Assembly: GCF_002571385.2 (NCBI RefSeq)
Contig: NW_019217815.1
Span: 882,097 to 946,096, forward strand
Direction: 5' to 3'
Source of the DNA: Stylophora pistillata
Taxonomy: Eukaryota
DNA: 64,000 nt
The notes below the pieces were generated by a model, which was given only the letters and a program-made list of their open reading frames with translations, was not told the origin of the DNA and ran no database searches. This document shows, one piece after another, positions 26,074 through 38,700 of this stretch. A program made the translations under genes and the position numbers. Position 1 is the first letter of the stretch. Every line of letters begins with the position of its first letter.

Positions 26074-29000
26074 ATGGCTTTCTTTTGCCCGTCACAACTG
26101 ACATTGAAAAAGAAAGGTAATAGTTTTGTTTCAAGGGAGGACGTTCTCTTCCTTGTCGCTTTTTCGTGCAGCTAATATAATAAGCATTCGTCTTCCTTTG
26201 AAAGTTGTCTTTCCCACTGCATTGTTATTGTGTCATAATTAAGCGATGTTTTATTTCTCTCCATCAAATTTTGAACGCCTATTTTTTTTCATTAGTTTTA
26301 CAAAGCAAGAAGCCTTATACATCTGATGTCTATCGCCCGTCATCAAGTCAAGAGCAAAACGGAACAGCGTCCTCAGAAGTTACAAAATCGGCTTTGAAAA
26401 ATGGCTCAACTCCAAGCCACAAACAGGAGAAACGAAACGTCCGAATCAGCGAATCGGGCCTGAGACATGAAATGCTTTTTGAACGGAAAATTCGAGTAGC
26501 AAGTTTGGGTAAACCTGCCAACATACGCGTCAAAATCACGCAAAGCTACGAGCCAGTTGATAAAGAGGAACTGAAAGTTCGAAAAGGACAGTATGTGAAA
26601 ATAATATACCAAGAAAATGACTGGGTTTACGCGGTTGATTCGTTCGGAAATGAAGGGTTTATCCCGCTATTTTACTGCTCGACAAGAAATGTTTCCACCG
26701 ACTCGAAGTCAAGCACCTCGGGTTACGAGGATAGCTTCGAGGATAGCGAAGACGGAGTCACCGAAAGAACTACTGTGGTCGATTTTAACGAACCTCTAAA
26801 TGGAGCGAGCCAAAGCTCTAATAACTCAATGACTTACTTTCCTAAGAGAGCTTACGGTCCGCAGCTGACAGTTCTATATGACTACACTGCGCATTATGAG
26901 AATGACTTAAGCGTGTGTCGCGGTGAGTTTGTTATGCTGCTAAATGATCAAGATGAGGATTGGTTTTGGGTCTCGACGGATGATGGCGAAGAAGGCTTTG
27001 TACCTCGATCTTTTGTCGTCTCTCACGTCTGCGAAGGTAAACAATTTGCTTCTTAACGTCTTGTGTATGTTATTTTAGTTTTCATGTGGTAAAGAGTTAA
27101 TGAAACAATGAAAAGTTGCGAGGAAGCTCTTAAGTGAAGAACTTTAAAACTTAAACATGCGAGTCATAAATGTTTCCCGAGAAAATAAGATTCTTAGATT
27201 CTCTTGCGATAGAAGAAGTTAATACAGAGCAGTCATCTTATCAATTAAGATTTTGTTACCCACAAAAGCGAATATAAAAACCTAGTAACTATACCAGAGG
27301 AAAGAGGAAAGACGTCCGCGTATTAGCAGGCCAGACTTTTTGGCAAGATCTAAAATGGTCCAATTCGGGTTTATGAGGTCACGTGGATACAAAATATCAA
27401 GATAATTAAGACGGGTTCTAGCTCGTTCGAGATTTCGCCGGCGTTACCTTTTCGTTTGTGAAAAGCAGTTTTTGAGACGAGTTACCTTTTTTTAGACTGA
27501 AGGCTATTTTTATCCGTTTGTTCAGTATTCTGAAACCTCAACTGAAACCCGAGAAAACTTTCTCTACTTAACCCAGCACTTACCTTTCGCTTTACAAGAG
27601 AAAATTCATCTTTTATCAGGATAAACATGTTCAATTTTGATTTCCTTTCCGATGGCTTTTAGCCGATAAAGTGAAAATTGCTCCTTTAACAATTAACACG
27701 ATGTCTTCGCCTCGTTGAAGATCCCCTGGGTTGTCAGTTTTATTTTGATAACCTTCACCTTTTAATACTTTTAATGTCTTTAGCGACGTGATATTTTAGC
27801 GCAGATGGAAGCTCTCTTTCAAATGTTTAAAATGTTACTCGGGAACTGGTGACTCTTTCTTAGTCATTTATTATTATTAACTTTTGACGTTTTATGAAAA
27901 AAAAGGAATTTTAAACCATAACAGGAAAAAGAACGCCTAACCGTTTGCAATTCTTCTGCTATTGGGTTAGTGCGTCTAGAAAAATTCTTAATTAAGCAGT
28001 TTAGATCATCAACAACGGCAAAAAGAAACATATTGAAGTTGAGCCGGATGAAAAAAGATAGATTTGGCTTAAGTCATAAAAGGCAAATGGATCGAGAAGC
28101 GGGTTTACTGCAAACGCGAACAAAAAATTACCCTTATTATCGATTACGTTTCTAAAACTCTCTACATAAAACCAAAACAAAAAGACATGAACATATCCTC
28201 AACTGGAATGAAAGGGCAGATGTTTGCGCTCTGTTGCGCAAACATTGTTGGTAAGGCACTTCCCTGAGAAGTTATTGTTAAAATTTCTCCGATAAAAATT
28301 TAAAACCAAAATTTTCGGTCTTTTCGCAATAATGGTCAAATTCGAAACCATGTTATCATTTGTCGCTCATTGTTGCTAATAGCAGTACTGAACAGTACTG
28401 AACTGCATAGTTTACAAAATCATGCGCGCCTGTAACAGTGAGATCCAATGCTACTTAATGGTGTCAGATGAAAATCGCGGTTGCAAGGAACTTTCGTTGA
28501 AAATGGTACGTTGAGATTTTCGCACATTCCTATTCTTTATTATACATAAAGTTCATGTAAAAGAAACAACGGCGTAAACAATTTAATACCTTTGGGAATT
28601 CGGCTTTGTTTAAGATTAGTATGGGACTGTGCGGAAATCTTAGCAAAGGTACAAAGTGATTGATTGATTGATCGATCTTAACCCGGAGGAACTTTTGAAA
28701 TTGCTTATTCTGACTTATTCCGGAAGTAATCCCTTTTAAGTTTATTTTAGGGAGATTCCCCAGAGAATACCGGTTTACTCACAAAGAGATTCCGGTGACA
28801 CGAATGCAGCTGAGCTAAAGCTGCCCCCAGACATTCTTTCTTGACATTTCAGTTTACGTGATTTGGAATTTATGATAATTTATGATAATTTATGGTAATT
28901 AAGAAACTATACATTATAATTAGGCATTGAACTCGTGTTCAAGCTTAGTGGACGGGTAAGGAAGAAATGCACGTGAAGGTAATATAATAAAGTATTATCA

Positions 29001-29449
29001 CTTACGGGTGAAATGTACAAGAAAATATTTATGTGGAAATGAAATGTCTCTTATTCAAAAGCCTTCTTTTATTTTCATACATAGCGTGTGTCCAGCGATT
29101 ATCTTCACCAAACGGTGCGTCGCTCAACTCACCGAACCTCAGCTCCTCTGACGTCACACCATTAAGTTCGAGTTCTACCGGGATGAAGTGCAAATCATGG
29201 CAGACGGATGTAACCTCATCAACATCCAGTGAAAAGACTTACACCCTGAAAGGGACGCGCTTAATAGTACTGTACAATTTTGAGGGGAAAGCCTTTGACG
29301 ATTTGACTGTTAGGCCTGGAGAATATGTCTATGCAAACCTCAAGGACCAAATTGTGCCTGGGTATATCTGGGCTTATTCGCCGAATAGTAAGAAATCTGG
29401 TTTTATTCCAGATGATCATGTTAAGGAGCCAGTGATAACAGACATCTAA
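26074..29449 (+). CDS. Dlish: Dlish/Vamana ortholog (Dachs ligand with three SH3 domains), ~382 aa
   Basis: Exons 26074-26116 (GCCACGATGG Kozak; MAFFCPSQLTLKKK), 26296-27036 and 29085-29449 are phase 1/1 and open. The three SH3 domains ELKVRKGQYVKIIYQENDWVY..EGFIP, ENDLSVCRGEFVMLLN..DWFWV..GEEGFVP and GTRLIVLYNF..DDLTVRPGEYVYANL..GYIWAYSP..GFIP match, in order, my recollection of the fly Dlish sequence, including its MAFLCP N-terminus. Confidence 0.88.
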
Positions 29450-29925
29450 TGGGGTATTGGAAGTTCTTATTTCCATAACAGTAGTAAAATGTCTCCGTAA
29501 CAGCTTACATGGTTTTACATGCTGGATGACTGACTTAATGAGAACTGAGTTCCTGTCAGTTATTTATCGCCGCTACAGTAGAGATGAGCTAGCGCTGTGT
29601 AACGAGCAAACGAGGCCGTGACAAAGAGAGATCAGGGCATGGATGACGCCGGGATTTGTCAATTTGATTCTACGAAATTGTTTTTAATTCTAAACAAAAT
29701 TGGGAGTTTGTTCGGTCTCATTACGCGGAGAGATTTTCTATTCATAACCTTATTAAAACTGAGACCCTCCAGGCTTGAGCTTTCCGCTCTGGTAATATAG
29801 ATTTTTTCCTTGTCACATGGTAAGAAGCCTATTTTAATACAAGACCGATGTATTAGGAATCAGTGTCTTTTTTGTAAGCTTTTTGTTATCTAACCCAAGG
29901 TAAAAGCCTTCTTTTTTAAAAACTA

Positions 29926-29931
29926 AATAAA
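29926..29931 (+). terminator. Candidate polyadenylation signal of Dlish
   Basis: AATAAA ~480 nt after the stop codon. Confidence 0.4.
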
Positions 29932-30002
29932 GATAAGATTAACTTCAATTAGCGTCTTATTCAGTCTAATCATCATAACTAAACAGAGGTCGATTAACAA
30001 GA

Positions 30003-30034
30003 CCCGCACCCGCACCCGCACCCGCACCCGCACC
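30003..30034. repeat. (CCCGCA)n microsatellite
   Basis: Direct read, ~5 copies. Confidence 0.9.
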
Positions 30035-30810
30035 CTCATCCCATTTCATTTGCCACTCTATCTCAGCCTTTCTCCCTCCCCTCGGTAAGGTTCATATCAT
30101 GGTATGAGGTATGAACTATGTTTCCGATGCCACCTTGTGAACCGTTCGTATAGGACAGCAATTGGCTTAGGAACAAGATTGAAAACTCGGCATTTATTTC
30201 AGGTAAGATTACTCTACACTGAAGTCTCTTCAGTAAATAACTTTTGATCATGAAAAGGCCAATAGCCCCCAAAACGCCAGGCTTTTGCTCCGATTTTGTT
30301 TCGCAATCGAAATTCCCCACGACATGTACTATGGTGATCATTTCTAATGCATGCACTGTATGCCAGTGAGAACATATCTATCCACTGTGTCTATTTTTTT
30401 AGAAAAAGGTACGCTTAAACCGAGGAAAAAATTCCGTTTCACCCCATGCTATTCTTACACTAAGCCGCAGCCTAAAGGTAATATTCTGTTTCGCTTTTGT
30501 TTTCCTTTATCCAAGTAGTGCATGAAGAGTGAAGAAGGGGGTCAAACGAAAATCTTGCCTTAATCAGAGATGACAGTTTTAAAGGAAGGTAATTTCCTTG
30601 GGTTGGTGGAAAAAAAACGACATTTAGTAGCTAAGCAGGAGAAACACAGAAGAAGGAATGTATTAAAAAAGCTAAAATAATTTATTATTTTGATAAAGAA
30701 TATTTGTACAGATTTTGATAAAATTTGAATTTTGTTTTACCCAGATACACCCAACAGTACAGGGTGTTAAGTTAATACTATTGCAAAACTTTGTCTGTAT
30801 TCCCCTTTTT

Positions 30811-31191
30811 CAGATACAAGTAAATATATGAAGCTCGTATATTTTGAACTGCGGTATTAGATACCTATGGTGAACGATCCTCGCAGTAGATAGCGCTATT
30901 TAAGCAATAGCGAAAATCAGACCTGAAAAAAATCATGCCTGTACGGGATTCGAACCACTGACCTCTGCGATACTAGTGCAGCGCTCTACCAATTGAGCTA
31001 ACAAGCCAACTGGGAGCAGGCCGTTAAGTTGATTCGTAATAAACCCGTGAAAGTGATAAATCAGATACAAGTAAATATATGAAGCTCATATATTTTGAAC
31101 TGCCGTATTAGATACATATGGTGAACGATCCTCGCAGTAGATAGCGCTATTTAAGCAATAGCGAAATCTACCGCGAGGATCGTTCACCATA
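30811..31191 (-). mobile_element. tRNA-containing retro-element: 251-bp unit x1.4 plus short inverted end; 15-bp TSD
   Basis: CAGATACAAGTAAATATATGAAGCTC starts at 30811 and 31062. 31167-31191 is an inverted copy. TGTATTCCCCTTTTT flanks it at 30796-30810 and 31192-31206. A tRNA-like segment lies on the minus strand at ~30936-31007. Confidence 0.8.
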
Positions 31192-31470
31192 TGTATTCCC
31201 CTTTTTGTTATAACATTATTTATCCAAAAACAACCATAGCATTAATTACTGATGAACGCTTCTAAATTGCGCCAAAAAAAGCTTGAAACAAATAGTCCTG
31301 TACAGAATCGTATAATTGAATAAAAGCTTACATTCTGATCGGTTAACGAAGTGAGATATTTAGCGTGGAATTGCGAGCGACACTGTCTCACATCTCATGC
31401 TAACAATGTCATCGCTGTTTTCTTTTTTTTTTTTCTTATTTTTATTCAATTATGCGGCTCAAGGAAAACC

Positions 31471-31580
31471 ATTACCTGACTCGTGAATTCCGCCTTAAAC
31501 CGATATCGCACTCATCGATTGCGACTCGTGCGATATCGGTTTTCGCGCGCAATTTAACGCGAAATTCCCTCATCAGGTAA
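31471..31580. mobile_element. Hairpin element remnant
   Basis: ATTACCTGA...TCAGGTAAT outer arms; perfect inner arms AAACCGATATCGCAC / GTGCGATATCGGTTT. Confidence 0.55.
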
Positions 31581-31756
31581 TGAAGTTTCTTACAACCTTG
31601 AACTATAATGATGCACATATTATCTTGTGGCTCAAAAGCTTATTGCGTAAAGGCAAGTTCATGCTTAGACTGAAAAAGCTCATGCATAAAGAAAGATTAC
31701 ATTCATCATATTTGCAGCTCTAGTCACTACAATTTCTCGTATTGTACGCTAAGTTA

Positions 31757-32104
31757 AGGGTGTCTCCAGAATTATTCTTAGGAAGGGGTGCACCAGGCAC
31801 TAAGGAATGACATAACTGACGGATGACGTGACCAAATTTTAAAAGCAAACAACGAAGAAGAAGGCTCATGCCTAAGCAGTTAAACATTATGTGAACTGCT
31901 GAGCATGTATAGCATTTTTACGGCGTTTAACATTAATTTCTTCAACCTCGTCTCATGTTTTACTTCAACACCAATAAAAGACATTGCTTTGTTGTTTTTT
32001 TTTTCTTCGCGGAAAACTAGTTACTTTGGAAAGCTGCAAGTCGTCTCAGTTGAAGGGGGCGAGTGTGCACCCCCTGGGCGCGCCCCTCCCCTAGATCCGC
32101 CTCT
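31757..32104. mobile_element. Probable MITE with decayed GC-rich TIRs
   Basis: Left AGGGTGTCTCCAGAA..GGAAGGGGTGCACC and right GTGCACCCCTGG..CCCCTCCCCTAGATCCGCCTCT are imperfectly complementary. Confidence 0.4.
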
Positions 32105-32744
32105 ATAAATGTAACCAGTAAGTGAAAAGTAAGACTTGATAATTATTTTGTTCTTAGCGGGTATCCTAACAAGCTTTGATTTTGAAATGATTTTTAGAGT
32201 CGCACATTTCAGTTTCCCGAAAGAAGTTAACTCTTCAATTTCTAAAATCTGATTATTAATTGTCCCCTTTAGCCGCTATGCATTTCCTTGTTAATTAGTC
32301 AGGAGAAGCTGGTGTCAAATCAAGAAAACAACTTCTATCTGATAAGTTTGAGTATTCTCATTACCTGTTTGCTTGGTACCCTATGGAATAGAAGGTTTAA
32401 AAGAGCATTGTTATGTACAATCCATAGGTAAAAAAATTGTCATGTCACCATTTAAGCATAACTTTTCGCGGTAACTTTATAAAGAAACCCTTACAGACCT
32501 TCTGCCATGGTTTGATGATCAGAGATCAATCGCTGACTTCGGATAATCATTTCTGACTCAAGCTGAAATATTCTCTCCAATTTCCTCGCCGTCATCAAAA
32601 TCAAGTTAGATGAGAAAATAAATGGATATATGAAAATTTAGGAACACACGAATAAGTTGAGTTATGGTATTAAAAATGCCAAAACAATATCTTATTTAAA
32701 TCTATGTCATATTCTGAAACAACGTATATCTCATAAAAGTAATT

Positions 32745-35700
32745 TCATACGTATTTTTCCAAAGTCATAAATTCCTTTGGCACAGCACCAGGCCTTCTTC
32801 TCTCCTTCTTACAAATGGGACATTGATTCGGGGGACGTTCCACGGAGGGGTTCCGGTGCAGGGGACACATGTCCACCACGGACAAGATAGGACTACAATA
32901 TGAGCTCCTGGAGCAAAAACTGCGCTCTGTATCCGAGCTCCGGCTTGAATCCGTTGAGGGTGGCGGGGGGCCCTTGGGATGTTGGGCTGCCTCGCGTCTT
33001 GCCTCTGGTGCCCCTGGGGGGAAGCGTTTCACCACTGGTGTACTGTTGGACCTTTCTTGGTCCCTTTGAGACTGGCGGCCCTTTGCCTCCCCTGTCCAAG
33101 GGGGCATGGGCGCAAGCGATCCTTTAGATATTTTTATATCGCTGGGAACGGGATCATATGATCTTCGACGAGGTTCTTGAATGTCTCTTCCGCTCATCGT
33201 GTTCAGTTCACTTTTTTGCTCTGCAGAAACTCTTTCCTCAATAGGTTGGAATTTATGGACTAACGGTTTATTCAGTGAGCCTTTTCTGGGATATGGGTCG
33301 CTACTAAGGTCTGTATTTGAACCGTCGAGAACGAATTTATCCTCTGCGATGGACTTTCTTCCTCTTAACTGCTGACACGCTCGTCGTAGAAGATCGTTCT
33401 CCTTTTGCAGACTAGCAATTTCTTCACGCAGTTTCTCAGTGCCTTCTATAAGCTGCACATTTTCGTCCTCCAATCGCCTGTAATCAGATGCCATTTGCTC
33501 CATTTTCCCTGAAGAATCTTTGAGATTTTCAGTTTCTTTCAATAGCCCATCTAAACGGGTCGACAGAAGCTTTGTCTTCGTCTTCATAGCATTGTCTTTC
33601 TCCATCAGTTGCTCGGCAAGTTGCTCTTTGATAGACGCTTCGTTTTGCTTCTCCTTCTCGAGCTGCTTAACCTTCAGCGCCATTTCGTGTAGTTCCTCAA
33701 TAAGTTTCTTCCTCTCTTCATCTTTCCTATCGACCTCCCTGTACAGCTCCCGTAAGTCCGCTTGTAATTTCTTATTCATCCCCTCAAGTCTGTCGTTTTC
33801 TGAGAACAAGGTCCTTAACTTGGTGTTGAAGTCTTTCTGGCTTCCGCTTTCAAGAAGCTTTACAATCTCAGCCTTCTGTTGTTTATTCATCTCTTCGATT
33901 TGTTCTTTATCATACTCAAGCAAACGGACTTGTGACGCGAGGCTTTCCTTGTCTTTCTCCAAGCTACGGACATTGTTTTCGAATTTTCGCAAAAGAGCAC
34001 TGAGACCTTCGACTCTTTCCTGCTGAGATATGGCTTCATGTTCTTTGGCTTCAAGCTTGGACAAAAGATCTTGATTTTTCTTCTCCATTTTTATTTTAAA
34101 TGAATGTGCGTCGTCTACGAGTTTTATCCTTTCATTGTCCAGGTTTGTCCGGTTTTCCTCTAACTTCCGGAATTTGTCTTTTAAATCACCATGTTGCTTT
34201 TCTAAGAGATTCAAACTGTATTTTGTATCGTCAAGTTCGCTTTCAATCGCCTTATTTTTTCTCTCTACAGCTTCGTTGGAGAACGATAACTCACTATTCC
34301 GTTGTTTGGAGTTTTCCGTCTCTTTAAAGATCATCTCTTTGTTGATTTTTTCAAGCTCTACCGTCAGGTCTCTCGCTGTTTTCTTCAATTTTTCGTTTTC
34401 AGAAGACAGACGGTCTTTTTCTTTCCTCAACTCCTTTACTTTGTCCAACTCTTTGCTGTCTATGTCTTTCATATCACTTGGGGATCTCTTCAATTCCAAA
34501 CTTGTCTTCCTCAGATAATTCTTCTCTGCCCGTTCATCGTAAGAAAGCTTACGCAGCGTCTCCACTTCAAAATGCACTTCAGAGAACTCGCCATCGAGAG
34601 CACTTATCTCTCGTTGCACACTTGGCGTAAATCCTCGAACTTTGGCTCCTTGTAACTCTTTCTTTAATTTACTCTCCTTCTCTCTGGCGATATTTAGCGC
34701 TTCCTGAAGTCGATTATTTGCCCGCCTCAGGCTTTCAAGCCGTTCCTCATCTTCGCATTTTTCTTTCAAACTCTTGTAAAACTCTTCGCGAGCCGTTGCC
34801 AAACTCGCCTCCTTCTCGTCGAATTCCCTTTCCTGTTCAAATATTGTTCGTTTGTGTTCAACTATCGCTTCCTCAAGGAAACCAATTTTTTTCTCTTTTT
34901 CTGCAAGCTCATTTTTCAGGCGAGTTACTTCATCGCCTCTCTCCGACTTTTCTGGCGTGATCTCTTCATTTCCGTCATTTCGATCTCGATTCGTTTGCTT
35001 TTGATTGGCATTCACTGTAAGAGATGTAATCTGTTGATCTTTTTTGACCATCTCCCTTTTCAATTCTTCAAACTTATCTTGCATCTCTCTCTCTTGCTCA
35101 CGACTGGATCGTTTGAGTCCAGCAATTTCTTTGTTTAAAGTTGTAATCGTTTTGTTTTTCTCCGGTAATTCCCTTTGTAATTGCTCGAGTTTGTTCTGAA
35201 GGTCGGTTAACGTTGTTTTATCAGCAGTCGTCTGTTTTCGTTCTCGTTCTAATTGCTGTTTAGATCTCTTAAGATCGTTAACTTCGTTCTTCAAAGTGGA
35301 AATCATCTTGTTCTTTTCTTTTAATTCCTCGTTGGATTCTCTGAGCTTTCTTTGAATGTCTCTAATCGATGTTTCGTCTGAGGTCTTTTTAAGGTTTTGC
35401 TTTGGCTCTTCTTGTTTTGTCGTCTGTTTTCGTTCTCTTTCTAGTTGCTGTTTGGATCTTTTAAGATCGTTAATTTCGTCCTTTAAAGTTGAAATCATCT
35501 TGTTCTTTTCTTTTAATTCCTCGTTGGATTCTCCGAGCTTCCTTTGAATGTCTTTAACCGATGTTGCGTCTGAGGTCTTTTTGAGGTCTTGTTTCGGCTC
35601 AGATTCGGATTGTTTGAACTTAAAGAGTTGCTCTTCAAGGGTTGCAATCATAGTCTTCTTGCTATCCAGTTCTTGTTGCACTTCATCGAGTTCGTCATGT

Positions 35701-38700
35701 AGTTCCTTCTCTGCATCTCCAAATTTCTTCTCACAACCTTCTTTGGCAAGTGTCGCTTCCTCCACTGCCAAACGCAAGGTTGCGTTTTCGTTCTTTCTCT
35801 CTGCCAACTCAGTCATCAGTGCCTGATGTTCAAGGCTCAGCTGATCCAGTTTGTACTCAAGCTCCTTCATTCTTTCGTCGCTTTCAGCGAGCTCCTCTTT
35901 AAGACCATTTGGCACTTCCGTGTCGATCTCTTTGGAGAGGCGGTTTACTTCTAGAGTAAGGCGTTTCACTTCTTGAGTACTCTTCTCTAGGGCATCCTCC
36001 AACTTTTTCCCATCCTCTACCGCTCTGCGGTTCTTCTGTTCCTTTGTTTTTATCTCTTCGCGAAGGATATTTTTATCCTTAAGTAAGACCTCTAACTTTC
36101 TGGACAACTCCTTATTTCCATCCGTCAAAGATCCAAGCTCTTCTTTGTAACGTTTGGCATTCTCGTCTAGTTTGTCCTCCAAATTTTCTTTTTCTTCGAT
36201 CAAAGCATCCATGTCCCTTTGCAGTTTCTTTGTTTTCGACCTCAATTCTTCGATTATTTCGTTAAGTTCGTCTTTTTCATCGTTGAGTTCGTCCAGTTCT
36301 TCATATAAATCTGCATTTAACTGGCGTTGTTTTGCCAGTTTACCCTCGAAAGTATCTTGGTCGTGCGGGGCAGACTCCAAACTAAAGTTCTCTTCTACTG
36401 CGGATGAAAGTTCGCCTTCCTGGGCGCATGAGATTATTTCTTCGCTAATTCCTAGACTTCTTGCATCTGTTTCATCAAAAGAAACGTATTTTTTGCATGT
36501 AAGCTCTTTTTCTTTGTTCTCCAAGATTCGTTTTAAGTCCTCATTATCTTGAGCGACCGTTTGTGCTGAAACCTTCAAATTGTCTAGTTCGTTTGACATT
36601 TTGATCAACTGATCTTCAGTCTTCTTCTTATTACCTCTTTCAAGCTCAAGTTCTTGTTCAAGCTCATTCTTCTCATCCGCGGCGTCGTCCAGTTTTTCCC
36701 TCAGGATTTCACTTTCACTTGTTAGTGTTTCCAACTCACTTTCGATGCGTTCTGTTTCAGTCTTCATTTCGATCAGTAAAGTTTGTTCCTTTCTTTGTGC
36801 TTCAGCAAAAGCTGTATTTAAGGCGGCCATTTCTTCCTCGATGGCCTCTAGCTTCCGTTTTAGTTTGTCATTTTGTTCTTTGGTTTTTGTTGACGTCAAT
36901 TCCGCTCTCCTCAGTTTGCTCTCCGCACTCTCAAGTAACTTCTTCAGTTCTACGTTTTCCACTTTCAGTTCGTCAGATTTGCTTTTTCCTTTGTCAATTG
37001 ACCCTCTCGAATCACTCAGTTCCTTATGAGCCTTTTCTAGAGATAGAGTCTTCTCGGTAAGTTCTTTTTGGAGCGCAGCTATTTCTGTCTTGGAATGAGC
37101 TCGCTCATCCTCCAGAGACTGCGTGCTTTTGCTTAAATCGGCCAGCCGTTTCTCTCTATTATCAATTTGTTCTTTCAAGTCCGTAAGCTTTCTCTGTAAG
37201 AGCTGTTTTTCGCTGTCACTAGCTGCGATTCGTTTTTGAAGTTCTTCGTTTTCTTCGCCGTGTTTAAATACAGCTCTCTCTGTCTCTTGTAGCTTAATAG
37301 TCAATGCATCATTAGCGTCGGCTTCCTCTTTCAGTTTCTTTTGCAGGACGTTTCTTTCTTCGACTACTTCTTTTCGTGACCTCTCGCTTTGTTTACATTC
37401 CTTATCGAGGTTACCGATTTTGGTTTTCTGCTCGTCTACAACTCTTAGCAACTCGGAGAAGGAGATATTCGACTTCTTAATATCCTGATTCAAAGAGCGA
37501 AGTAACTCGTCCTTTTGGGCCAGCTCGTTGTTCCAGTCATACTCTTTATCTTTAGCTTCCTTCTTCACGGAAGCTAAAGTAGCACTTTGAGATTCCATAT
37601 TTGCTCTAAGTTCGCTGTTTAGAGCTTGAATCTTAAGATTATTTTCTTCTGCTTTCTTCAAACGCTTCTCAAGATCTCTACATGTATTCTCAGTAATCGC
37701 AAAGGTTTTTTTCTCTTCCTCCAGCCGGCTCACAATAGCTGTCAGATCAAGTTTTTCCTGCTGGTTGTGATGATGTTGTTTCTTCTCGTTCTCCAACTCC
37801 TGCCGTAAACTTTCCACTCTACTCCTCTCGCGTTCAAGCTCCGCCAGAAGCTTCTCTGAGCCATCCTTCGCCATTTCCAATGCTACAGCCACTTCAGCCT
37901 TTGTGAGGCTCAGCGACTCAGCTTCTTTTTCTTTGTGCTCTAGCATCTTTGTCTTCTCTGTGGCCTCAGCGGTAACAGCAGCGATTTGCTTCTCTTTATT
38001 CGCCAACGCTGCCCCCAGCTTTTCTTTCTGCAAAGTTAGCTTGTCGATGAGACTCCGAACGTCATCGATTTCGCGTGATAGTCGTACCTCCTCCCGCGCG
38101 GAACGTTTTGATTTTGTAGACTGTTCTTCCGTTTGATCACCCTCTAGTGCCTCTTCTAGCTGAAGCGTCAGCTCAGCTCGTTCTTGGATTAGTTGTTTGT
38201 TGTCTTCTTCGATCTCGCGATTTGAATTTTCAGCCTTCTCAAGTCTCTCTGACGTTGTTTTCAACTCATTCCTCAGTTCTTGCAATGTTCTTTCTGCGAT
38301 TTCTAATTTTGTCATTTCTTCCTTGAGTTTTGTTTCTGAAACAAATTTTTCTTTTAAGATAGCTTCTATGTAATCACAGACGTAACGAAAGTGATTTATG
38401 TCCTCTTGTGCAGCTTTATGAGACATTTTTGTAGGGTTCTTTTTGACCGTTCTGTCTATAAACGAAAGTAATTCCGAGGCTTGGTTTTCCAGTTCTTTAA
38501 GTTGTTCTCTCGCTGTGCTATTCTCGTTTTCTGTTTCCTCTGTCTTACGCTTTAGGGATCCTTTGTCGTCTCGCATTTTTTCTACTTGTTTCGTTAAGTT
38601 ACCGACTTGGCTCTTAAAGCGATCTTTCTCTTCTTCTACCAGATCTACGCCCTCCTTGGTGGTGCCAAGCTTATCTTCAGCGTCCTCCAACGAACTCTTC

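Noticed and set aside
3645-29449. RIMBP and Dlish as tandem paralogs (both 3xSH3)
   Set aside because: Their SH3 signatures and exon structures differ, so the adjacency is probably coincidental.
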